From contig CDRNST010000436.1 in the NCBI GenBank assembly GCA_977016875.1, positions 6,572,001 to 6,636,000 of the forward strand: a stretch of DNA of 64,000 nucleotides. The letters are read 5' to 3'. Source of the DNA: Pavona decussata. Lineage: Eukaryota. This document shows, in pieces, positions 1 to 11,944 of this stretch; the first letter of the stretch is position 1; the number at the start of each line of letters is the position of its first letter. The position numbers and the translations under genes were made by a program. The notes beneath the pieces are model-generated. The model had not been told where the DNA came from. It saw only the letters and a list, made by a program, of their open reading frames with translations, and ran no database searches.

Positions 1-163
1 CTGTTTTTAGTTTCTTAGTGAAATTAAGTGGCTTTGCATTAGCATCACATTTCAGAATTATGTTGCACTATTCCCATCTGTGTACTAATTTTTTCAAAAA
101 AAAAATACAAATCTCACGTGTGCCCTTTGCCGTAAGCATGATTCTAAATCTCTCTTATCTCAG

Positions 164-2381
164 GTTATGAACCTCTAGATCTAGTTGAAGGTATGAAGAA
201 TTCTGCTTTTCTCACAAGAAGACAGTTGAGACATTTGTAGTTTCTGCATAGATGCATACAGTGGAACCTCTCGTTACGGACACCTCTATTAAAGACGTTC
301 ACCTTGTCCCTAAGAGACCAAAATCCATAAAAAGCCTACTTCTCTAAAACGGAGACCTCCATAAAAAGGACACCTATTCCTGTTCCCTTGGTGTCCTTAA
401 TAATGAAGTTTGACTGTACACTAATAAAGAAATAATGTGTCACTAACACACTAATAAAGAGATGATAAAAAATTGGAAAAATACAATTGACACTACAGCA
501 TAATTTAGGAACTTGTTTACTTGTTTATATAATTTTCGTATTTTTTTTCTTTGACAGTGGAGGATTCCAGTATGAATAAAGAACCTCATGAAGTTGTTCC
601 AAACCAAGCAGAGGATTTGGAGAGTGCTACATTAATACCAGAGCAGTCCAAAACTTCAGGCCAGGAAATTAACATCCAGATCTACCCTGACAACCAAGGC
701 ATCTCCCTTGTAACAAGAAACATTCTCTCCACTGATGTGGCTACCTTTTCATCACAAGTTCCTGCAATTTTAACAGAAGGTGATGCTGAAGATAGTGAAA
801 CACATTATCAGGTAACAAAATTAATATGATTTAGCTGTCTATAAACTGGGGGCTGAGGGTACTGTTCAGAACTTTTGGTGGGGTGCAGCTCAGTTCTCCA
901 AACCCTGACCCTTCTTCAGACCAAAATATATAATTTTCCAGTAATTCTTTTAAGACTAGGCCTCTAAAATTCATACCCGTTTTCAGACCTGATTATATAT
1001 AGCTATAGGGGAGTCCCTCCACTCCCTTGCCCCCACCTACTATAAGTTATAACCTTCTGACCATTGTGTGAGGGCTCAAATTTATTTTATTCATTTATCA
1101 TTGTCAGGTTGTTACCACAAGCTCGATGTTAAACCAGGGAGATGGTAGTGCTGCTCTAGATGTGCTGACTTCTTCTGCAGATTTTAGTAGGAACATGATT
1201 TTGACTGAACAGCAGCAGGTCTTACTGAGTGGAATGCTTGTACCTGGAGTGACGGCAAACCAGGCCATCCATATTAACATGACACATGATGCTAACTCCT
1301 GCATTGGTGTGGATGAAATGTCACAGGATGAGCAGGTTTCGAAAGATTTGTTTCTTTAACTTATAGTAATAAATCTAGCATTCTGAAAACAATCACGTTC
1401 CTAGAACACAACACTTTGTGGCTTTTAAGCTTCAAATCTTTCAACAATGTTCATTTACATGGGTTTGACAGGCTGCCACTTGAGCATTATCTTATCCGTG
1501 GTAGAAAACCTATTCAGGATTGTATCAAGATCTTAACAGCTAGGATTTTATAGGATCCTAATGCAGATGTAGAATACATTTTGTATGCTAAAATTATTAT
1601 TTGTCTTTTATTGCTCTCAGTTTCTATCAGCCAATAGAAACTAGAAGTTTACTGTCTGATTATTAAATAGCATTATATGCTGGGTGTGACCTTTGAGAAT
1701 CTTGTTATGTTTTACTGACAGCATCCTACAATATGTTCAAGATCTTGAGAAAGTAACTCTAGATTTATGCTATTAATTACAATCCTGCAAAAAAAGGTCC
1801 TACAGGGCCTGTGAGGAATTTATACAGCACAGGGTTGTATTGTGGATGGATGTGTTGATTTGTCTTGACAGGAGGAAGAAGAACAGTGTGTGACTAGCAA
1901 AGGTCATGCATGTCCCGTTCCTGACTGTAATGTGGTCTGCTCTAAAGCCTACAAATTAAAGCTACACATGCTTTCACACACGGGGGAAAGGCCCTACAAG
2001 GTACAGTGAACCTGAAACACATTTCCCTCCTTGTTACCCTTTACCAACAATGCCCTGTTAGGAGAAATTTTGACAAGTGAATAAGTAGTAGCAATGCAAT
2101 CGATGGAAGCAGAGGTGAAAGAAGAGACGAAAAGTGAGAAAAGAAAAAGCAAAAGTCATCTATTTTTTTTTTATTTCACATATTATTTATATCTTGAAAA
2201 GATAAAAACTCTTTAAATTTAGAAGAAAATTTACTTGTTTTACCACACATTGGAGGATATTACATAGTGATCAGATACATCAGTAAACTGTAAATATAAC
2301 AATTCTGTCTCCAGAGACTCAAACTTTTATTCGATTTAAGTCATTGAAAATGTATGCTATATTAGTTAAATATAAATACTA

Positions 2382-2423
<42 letters not shown>

Positions 2424-2800
2424 CGTAATAATAATAATAATAATATGTATAAGATTGACTTTTGTTATTAAATTTAGCAGAAAAACTAACGCGGAGAGAT
2501 TTCGACGTTTCGATGACATCCTGTCATCATTATCAAGAAAATGAAGAAAATTTACATAAGTAAGACTACAGACTATTGTTTTCAGTTTAGTTTTGTCTAC
2601 TTACTTATGTAAATTTTCTTCATTTTCTTGATAATGATGACAGGATGTCATCGAAATGTCGAAATCTCTCCGCGTTAGTTTTTCTGCTAAATAATAATAA
2701 TAATAATAATTAATTCACGTGCTATTTTAAGTTTCGCTTGGCTCACAGGTTAGGCTACGCGCCCTGTGGTGCTTTCTTATACTGTGCATACAGATAGTTC

Positions 2801-2842
<42 letters not shown>

Positions 2843-5800
2843 TTATCATTATTTTATGTAAGAACACTAAAATATAATAATATATTAATTATTTTATTAA
2901 TTAAAGTTCTTACATGTATGTTATCCATGGTTTCATGTCAGTGTCCTCATGAGGGCTGTCAATGGGCATTTACAACATCTTACAAATTGAAGAGGCACAT
3001 AAGAGGCCATACTGGAGAGAAGCCATTTCTAGTAAGTAGCAGTATAACAGAAAGGGGAAGGGGAAACCTCTTTGTACTTTTGCTGAAGCAAAACTCATCT
3101 GTAGTTTTCACACATTGGATATTTGTGCGACTATTAAACAATAACAATAATTTTTTTTTTAATTTTTCCTCCATTTCTCCATTAGATAATAATAATTACA
3201 ACAATTATATTTCTCTATTATATAATAATTACATTATAATATTACTGATAATAATTTGACAGTGCCCTCAGGAAGGATGTGGCAAGTGTTTTACCACTGC
3301 TTACAACTTGAAATCGCACATCAAAGCCCACTTCAAGCCCGACACCCATATGTGCAGGTATGAAGGTTGTGATAAGGCATTCCCCACTGCACACAAGTTG
3401 AAAGTTCATGAGAGAAGACACGAAACTGAAAATAAACTGTACAGATGTGAAATGGAAGGTTGTGACAAGGTGTTCTCTGCCCATGGAACTCTGAAAGCTC
3501 ACATGAAGACACACAGTGGACACAAACCCCACTTGTGTCCCGTTGTGGGATGTGAGAAGAGGTTTTCTAAAGCATCCAAGCTGAAGCTGCATCTAAGGTC
3601 TCATACAGGAGAGAGACCATATCATTGTGATGTTGAGGTACAGTGTTATCTATAGGCTTTCAGTCTCTGTTACATGCATCAGAAATCTCATCACTGGTAA
3701 AATGCTCTCCCAGAGAACCATGACTGTGTAAATTATATTTCATAATGAACATAATTATACTAATAATGTACCAGAGAGTATATTATCATCCTGAAATTAT
3801 AATGACATTTGAAACTATTCTAGAGTGAAAAGGAATATTGAGATTAACATCTGCAATGATGTGAATTGTGAATTCACCAAAAGAATGACCAGCTGCAGTT
3901 TTCATTGTAGCATTGGCTTCACAAAGACAGACATACATCCTCATAGTGTTTGTGTGGCACAGAAGGCCTGAACGACAGTTGCTACAACTTTGTTCACAGT
4001 GAACCTAAAATACAATAAACCTTAGCAAAAGTATAAATAAACACTAAAATACATTTAACATTTGTGTCCAAATGTTAACTTTTTTTACGATAGTACACTT
4101 GTACTAAACAGTGGCGCCTTTCTCCAGCGACGAAATCTTAACTTTTGTTTTAAACAAGCAGAACAGCAGATGATGGTTAATGGTACCAGTAATAACTGCA
4201 TGATCAGTTCTTGGAATCAGTGTTTTTAAATCTCCTTTGATTGGTGATTGGGCATCAGTTGTCTCTGCTTGGTTTCTCCTTAGGGTTGCGGCTGGTCATT
4301 TACAAGTTCATACAAACTTAGACGACACATGCGAAAACACACTGGTGAAAGGCCGTTTATCTGCAGTTATGATGGCTGTTGTAAATCTTTCACAAGATCA
4401 AGTCATTTGAAGACCCATATACTTGGTCATACCGGAGAAAAACCTTATGTGTGCCCAGTTGATGGTAAGGTTGTCTTAGGTTTGTTCTTTCAACATCTTG
4501 TCCCCATCACTCTGCTGACAAGCAGGTTTTCTGGTTAAAGGAAGTCATGAGACCTTTAGCTAGTGAACATGTGTAATGTAACTGTCTGCCTCAAGAAATT
4601 GCCAGTATCCTGAAGGCCAGAGGGAAGGTGCTGCTGAAGCCTTATTGTACGTTACAAAATGATACAACATCTGAATAATATTACATCAAAAGTTAGAAGT
4701 GCTATAATACTTGCTTTTCTTATATCTGTGTCACCAACATACAAAGGTTTGTATCTGCAGTCAAAGACTTCTATGCAGTGCCCACCTTGAACAGAAGTTA
4801 CAGGCAGTTGAAGGCAGTTGGAGGTTTAACAAAACCTATTTGACAGAATGAATCTGTTGTAATGACAAGAATTGTGGCTGATGACTTTTAGAAGAGGCTC
4901 TGACCTTATTCTAGACTTGCTGGCCTTAAAAGGTCTGCTATTTCGTTATTTTGAGAAGTCCTATACACTTTCTTTAAGGTTGTGACAAGGCATTCACTGC
5001 TGGGAGTAGTCTTAATGTACACATTTGTAAACACACTGGGGAAAAGCCATTCAAGTGTGACATTGATGGCTGTACCAAGAACTATACAACAGCTGCAAAC
5101 CTTAGGGCTCACCAGAAACGACATGGAATTAAGGCTGTAGTTGGTAAGATTCATTATTATCAGTTAGAAAATAGGGTGGAGATGGTAACATAATGTAATA
5201 ACAATTTTATTTATTTAGCCTAAAATAAATTACATACCGGTAGATTTATTATTTAATTTTTTTTGCCATACTTTAGAATACAAAATAATGGTGAGGAAAC
5301 CTAAAAGAAACCACAAGCCTTATTAACACTTACTTGTAGCTTCCCCTGCAAATTACAAGATTGAATTGATGGACAAACAAGATCTAGAACATAAATTATT
5401 GATTAATCTTAGCCTTAGGATTGCCAGTTCATTACCTTTTGGAGTTCATTCCTTGGTCAAAACAGCTCCGATAAACTCAAAAACAGATTACAGATTTTGT
5501 ACAATAAAAAATTGTATTTTATGTGAATGTGTCAACTTCAGATAATATTGATCATTTAGGACTTGCATATCTCGTGATCTGATTCTACATGACTGTACTT
5601 TCCCTGAACTCCTTGTTCACCTGTTTCTTTACTCTTGTTTTTTTCTTTCTGTTAGGTTTCATTGATGTCTATTACAAATCTTTGTTTTTATCTTGCAGTG
5701 GATTTCAGTGATTCACCCCATGGTGACATTACAACAGAACTTGGCACTGTGAGCTGTGGGAGCACTACTAGTGAAGCTGAACCAGAGGTCATGTACACCA

Positions 5801-7543
5801 CAATAGGGGCTTTCCATGCAGGTAATTTTAACTTGGAGGATGCTGCACGCCTTACTTCAGTTGGTGTTCATTTACCATCATCATCAACTACCCTGTGTGC
5901 CCTGGTGACCTCAACAGGGCATCCATTAGTGTCACCATCTACTGAACTTGTGTTGGATACAGAAAAGAAACAACCAGAGGATGGAGAAATCAAAACTACT
6001 TCATCAGAAAATCAAGTGCCAGTTTCGGTTCATCAAGAGCAGTTTGTTACAGGGTGCTTAGAAAACAATACAAAAATGGATGTTACAGAGTATGTTGTGA
6101 GATGTGCTGGTGATGAACAAGATACAATAATTACACAAAGTAACCAGGGAAGGGCGGATGTGGTTGGAGGAGCAGTTTTACAAGGAGGCAAGCTCGGTGG
6201 CAGCTTTGATTTATGCATTACCAGCATGATGAGTCATATAACAAGTGAAGAAGGCCAAGATGGTGCTGGACATTCTGTAACAAAAACTGTACAACCAAGC
6301 ATTACAGCATCAGGCTCTAGTAAGAGGTCAAGGACTCTTGACTTCAGAGATGTTCACCCTGAAGATCAGTTTGCTCCACCTGCTGTCATATTCCAGGTTT
6401 GCTGAATGACTCTTACATTCGGTTTTCTGCATCAGATGTAATTGAGTGAAGCTTCTTTCACTCTGTTTAGAGCTATTTACAAAAGAAGCAGTGATATTAT
6501 AAGTGTTTAAAGCCAGGATTTGAATATATGAAATATTTGTTAATGTGCTCGCAGTGGCCAAAATGGCACAGCCGGGCTTTTGAGTCGGCCACTGTCATGC
6601 TAGAAGGTACAGAATCCATGACATTAAATCAGGACTGTACTAAAATAGTTAATTTATTTTGTTTAAAAAAAAACCCTTACTTAATGTGCACCATGATTGG
6701 TGGACAGCTGTCATTAATATAACTTTATAGCTAAACAGAATTAAAATAATAATATTTTGTTATTATTATTGCTAGACACTATTTCTTCAGACAGCCTGTC
6801 CTAGGTAAGAAGACCAGGAATTCAAGAAAAGTACAGTCGAACCTCCTTATTACAGACCCCAAAGGGCAGGAATAAGTGTCCGTATTATAGAGGTGTCCAT
6901 TTTAGAGAAGTAGGCTTTATATGGATTTCGGTCTCTCAGGGACCAAGTGAACTGTCCGTATTATAGAGGTGTCCATAAGGAGAGTTTCCACTGTATTACC
7001 ATCCCCTATTCTCTGTAGTAATGCTTTAGAATTTTGTAATCTCTGCATGCAACTCGCAGCGTAACTAATATCCCCATTGTTTAATTAGTTACAATACTTA
7101 GGACAATAATCTGTTGATGCTAAGTTTCTGAGGATGCAGTTTGTTGTTTTCAGGATGAAATCAAATCCTCAGATACTGAAAATGAAGCTGAAGTCGTAGT
7201 AAGTCATGTCCAACAATCCCCTGAGGGAATTTCTGTAGTGCAACTTCCCAAAGAAACAGTGCAGATCAAGTTACCCCAGGGATTAACTACTGAATCAGGA
7301 GTAACTATGGTTCATGCACCAGAAGTGGAACATATGGAGGTCGATGTAAGTGGGAACCATAATATCGCTACTGATAGTCCACTGGAACCCATTTCATCAC
7401 TGCCAGATGAGACCGAGGAAGGACGCGGTCTGGTCAAGACTGATCTATCACCATATATGGACAATCACAGCTCTTCAGAGCAAGATGAGAGCAATGGAGA
7501 TACTTATCCAGAAAGTACAATAAATTTGCAAGATCTGCGATGA
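164..7543 (+). CDS. ZXDC: ZXD-family (ZXDA/B/C-like) C2H2 zinc-finger transcription factor, 5' part outside window
   Basis: Exons read by hand with GT-AG sites in consistent phase: 164-190, 558-811, 1108-1335, 1872-2000, 2942-3031, 3263-3637, 4284-4464, 4979-5143, 5699-6396, 7154-7543 (TGA). They encode ten tandem CxxxxC..H..H fingers with TGEKP/TGERP linkers and a C-terminal STINLQDLR, as in ZXD proteins. Confidence 0.88.
259..416. mobile_element. Tc1/mariner-pogo-type MITE (CAGT termini, TA TSD)
   Basis: ta|CAGTGGAACCTC ... GAAGTTTGACTG|ta with internal GGACACC repeats; related to 6834-6993 and 26276-26878. Confidence 0.65.
2385..2445. repeat. (TAA)n microsatellite (others at ~2803-2842, 10690-10757, 21967-22000, 35550-35593, 36374-36422, 47580-47643)
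   Basis: Direct trinucleotide repeat visible in sequence. Confidence 0.95.
2472..2692. mobile_element. Inverted pair of Penelope-like element ends with minimal hammerhead-ribozyme motif
   Basis: Arms 2472-2564 and 2600-2692 are reverse complements (93 bp, 1 mismatch). Each carries TTTC-TTGATAA-T-GATGAC-aggat-GTCATC-GAAA(C/T)GTC-GAAA. The pair sits among (TAA)n tracts. Confidence 0.65.
6834..6993. mobile_element. Tc1/mariner-pogo-type MITE
   Basis: ta|CAGTCGAACCTCCTTA ... TAAGGAGAGTTTCCACTG|ta; internal GTCCGTATTATAGAGGTGTCCAT repeated twice. Confidence 0.7.
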
Positions 7544-8054
7544 TAATGATGATGTAGGAAAAGAACAGATGTAACAGATCCGTATACTAATTCAAGTATA
7601 ATTTGCTAATTTATATGGTATAGCAATGTGTAGTGTTTGGAGAGCGAGGACACATGTGACCTCCCCCGGCGACGAGGTTTAAGTATTCCCACTATTGCAA
7701 CAGAAGAACTCTGTTTCAACAGCCAATACGCCTCTGGTTGGCACATTAAATCAATCGATGTCGTAGTTAACGCGAAACATCGCTGTAACTTATCTTGTTA
7801 ATGTTTGCAATAATTTGACCCACACAAGGTAATCCAGAATCCAATCAATTATTTTAAGATTCGATAAGGGAGTCCAAGAAAACGTAGTACAATCGCAGTT
7901 TTTCAAGCGTAATAAATACCTTGGTTAATGTGTAACCTTTGGATTGACTTTCAGACAAGTGCCTGCATTCACCCTCAAAATGCGGACTCTGAAATCTGAA
8001 AAATAGAACCCAGGTTGTTACTTAGTTTTTCTGTTTTCTACAATGGCGAAAATG

Positions 8055-8177
8055 TAGCCTGTTTAGTTGGCGGTGTTATTGTCTACGCGGCATCCTGGCG
8101 TAAGCCGCGAGAAAAAACAAATCACCATTTTCCCCGACTTGTGCCTTCGCGCAATATCATGCCAGCTACGCGGGTTC
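8055..8177. mobile_element. Degenerate short TIR element (TAGCCTG...-type mini-element)
   Basis: TAGCCTGTTTAGTTGGCGG at left versus GCCAGCTACGCGGGTT at right form an imperfect inverted repeat. Confidence 0.45.
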
Positions 8178-9495
8178 TATTAAATGTCTAGACTAGATAA
8201 GCTACAAAAACGTAAGAAGTTCCCCCTTATGGTTGCATTTCAAACTAAAAGGTGTAAATGTGATAGATTACTAAGATATAACCGACCAAACAAGACGTGC
8301 CTTAGAAAGTAACATTCCTATCGTAACTATATCAATTGAGAGATCCAACTGTTTTGTGTACTGTTTTTCCAGATTTCCAACCCTGGTCGTCTTTTTACTC
8401 AGTCGTAAGCGCAGAAAATGCAAAACTATTTTATTTGGAATTTTTGTTTATTACTGAATTTTCGAATACAGGAATTAGTTTGTGCTGCTTGAGGAAGTTG
8501 TGACACAAAAAAATATTAATGATTTCTTGGTAATCTATTTTCAGTTAACTGTCGTGTAGGTCTTTATAGTAGCAATGGACTCAGTAATATTTTGCTTCTG
8601 AGGCAAAAAACGGTTGTGAAACAGCAACAGGAAATGTGTTTCATTAAACCTAACAATTTTGACTCCTCGTATTGCGCTTGTCAATTCCACAATCAGCATA
8701 ATGATAAAACCCTGTCTTGCAAGAAAGTGGTCACTTTCAGTGTTTTTTTTCCTCCGTCGTCGTTTCGTGGGAAAGAGAAACGAAACAAATTAACCGAAAT
8801 CATTTACCTTTTTTAGCCTGCGAAAGCAAAAGGCTTCTGTTCTTACAGGCTTTACTTTGCTGACGTCAAACGTTTATCCGTTTGCGACAGCTGTGCAGTC
8901 CTGCACGGTTTACGCTCTCCTCTTTTCCCTTCAGTTTTTTCTTTGTTTTTAACAGACGTCAACTTCCTTCCAATAAGAATTTTAGAAATTTCCATTTTTT
9001 TTTTCTTCTCAGTAATCTACATTCCTTTACCTGAACACAATCATTCACTAATCAGTTACAGGTTTCGAGAATTTGAGAGTCACACCCCTGTTGCATCATG
9101 TTACAACTTGCCTTTTGACTCGATAACAACCAGTTGTTTTCCCAGTGGGTTTCTCGCTTCTCAGTATCATATCGTCTATTCACGGGGATCATGCAAGGGT
9201 CTGTTTGTACCCTTTCTAAACAATGTCACGATAATTTATGTAGCTGATTACCTGGTGTTACTGGGCCTATTGAAGAAACCACAATTTTGCGTGTAACTGC
9301 AACGTGGGTCTATCCATGCACTGTGGCCGGTTAAAGTTAAAAAGCCTGGGCGCGAGAGCTTCAGGTAAACTAATATGGTCAGCGGCCTCTTACCATAGAG
9401 GCACTTTGGTACGAGTAAATGAAGTGTCATTACAGCATAATGCAATTATTGTCGATTTCGTCGAAGCTACAAGCTATTCATTAAAGTCTCTTAAA

Positions 9496-10689
9496 ATGGG
9501 ATCAGAAGTGGACTGTTCTGGTGTTTCGAGAGCGGTTTGGCTAGTAAAGGTAACAAAGTTAATGATACCTAAGAAGCTGTTTACATTCGGTGTTTAATTA
9601 ACAGAGAGAAAAATGAAAATCGTTGTTATGAAAGGAAACTTGACAGCTGCCCGCAGACTGTTAGCGGAAGTCTTTTTTGATACTAGATCTGATTCGATTC
9701 TTCCTTCCATTAAGGTCCCCAAATATTTGTCCAACATTTGGATGACGAATACTGATGCGTCTGGCATTGTAGGGACTCTTCAAATAACCAAGTAAGTATT
9801 CAGAAGCTTTTCTTATCCAACTTCTTTCTTGTCCTCTTCCCATCCAGGACTGCATACATTGAACTTTTTATTTGGGTCATTAACGGTGGTTGTATTAAGG
9901 AGCTGGGAGGGTTATATACGACAGAATCTGGAAGTCACTGTTTTCCCTTTTGTGTTTTTGATGTATTGTGTTATATGATATCTAAACCCAATTTATGTTA
10001 ATTTGTCTACAGCAATCCTCAAAGGAATGAGGTAATTACTTTTCTTATTATTTATTTTTGCTAAGAGACCCTAAGATGTAACACTCTGGGCATTTGTGTA
10101 ACAAAATCAAAGTCATAATAATAATAATAATCATCATCATCATGTAAACGGGATATGTCCATCCACACTGACAGAGATAAAAGCCAACAGACCAGACATT
10201 GTTATGAAGGACAGCCAAGAAAAGACATTAGCAATCATTGATGGGGCTGTACTTTCTGAGTATAACACCTCTGTGAAAGTTGTAGAGTAGTTGTCAAACT
10301 ACAAAGATCTTGAGAAATAAGTAGGTATTATGGGGTATGAAGACTGAAACAAATGCCAGTGGTTATGGGAACTTTAGAACTTGTCAACAAAGGGCCTGGA
10401 GAAGTTCGTCAGTTGTAAACCAGGCAACATTAATATCTGGGAAGTACTTGGAACAGCCCACATATTATGCAGAGTACTTTCAATAAAGTAACATCTTCCA
10501 AATAGTGCCTCATGTCCATAGTTGGACATGGCCCTACTGGATGTAAAACAGGATGCAAAAACAGAATTTTCATATTAATAATGATAATGGTAATGATAAT
10601 GGTGATGATGATGATGAGGTACATGTGAAAACAGGCCTCTTTGCCAAATGTAAAGTCAAATAATTTTAAGCAAAAATTAACACAATCAG

Positions 10690-10756
<67 letters not shown>

Positions 10757-11888
10757 TTATGTACCTCCAAGTTCTTACACCTACTAATAAAAAGTGGCAT
10801 GCTAGTTTACAAGGAGAAATATATTCTCATTTTAGTTTGATGATTTCAGGTTGCATTTAACCTGTCAGAAGCATTGGCAAACAAAGAAGACCAAACATTA
10901 GCCAGCAAAGAAGAGAAAAACAAAGACGAGAAAGCCTCAACAAATAGAGGGACTAAAGATGATATCAAGGTTCCGAGGGATTACAAGATGGTTTTGTCCA
11001 AAGTTGAGCAGTCCATAGGAGTCTTCTCAGAGGGCCCAGAAGGTACAATAACAATATATAAGTAGCACATATGTTGCGTACAATTGTAGTTTCTTTTTCC
11101 AAATCTTTTATATGTTGTAAGCAAAAAGCTGAAAATACATGTACTTTTCTTTAAGTGCTGCTTGCTGTTTTGCATCCCCTTAAGCCTTTTATCCAGAAGA
11201 TTGATTGGCATTTGTGCTTCATAAGGAGGGACCAACAAAAAATCAACTGGGGAAAGATATTGCCTAGATTTGTTGCCAGACAGTCAGAATCAGAGTTACT
11301 TCATTCAAATGAATTTGACCAGTGGCAGATCTTCCTCTCTCCATCAGTTACTGTATGGTGAGAAGTCGGAAAATTGTTAACAAAAAGTTATTATTAACTT
11401 TTTCAAGTGAGGATGTTTATGCGGGCCTGAACAGAAATGTATTTTGGCCTGGAAAATACTCATTGTTTCATGTTTTAGCTAATTACATGCATTTTCATTA
11501 GCCTCAGCAGATGAACATGAAGAAAAGTCTTCTAAAAGTGAGTTCAAAATATATGTGCAGTGCTGTACAAGGCACTTTTGTGTAAATTATATTTATGATC
11601 AGCTAATTACTGATTTATTGCTCAATATTTGGTGTTGGTGGGTGGGGGAGGGGGGGGGGGGCAATTGGGCCATATTTTATGGGAATGAAGGCTTTGTGGT
11701 AGGAGCAGTGTCTGTGAGAGCTAGTGTACACCATTTGATGTCGATGTATTGCTTAATGTTTCACCTCTACAGAAAAAAATAGTCTATACATGGTCCTGTT
11801 TTAACAAGTGTTTATTCTGGAGATATACCTGAGGACAAAAATCTTTCCTTGTTTCCATAGATTTATTATATGCTTGAGTATCATTATC

Positions 11889-11944
<56 letters not shown>

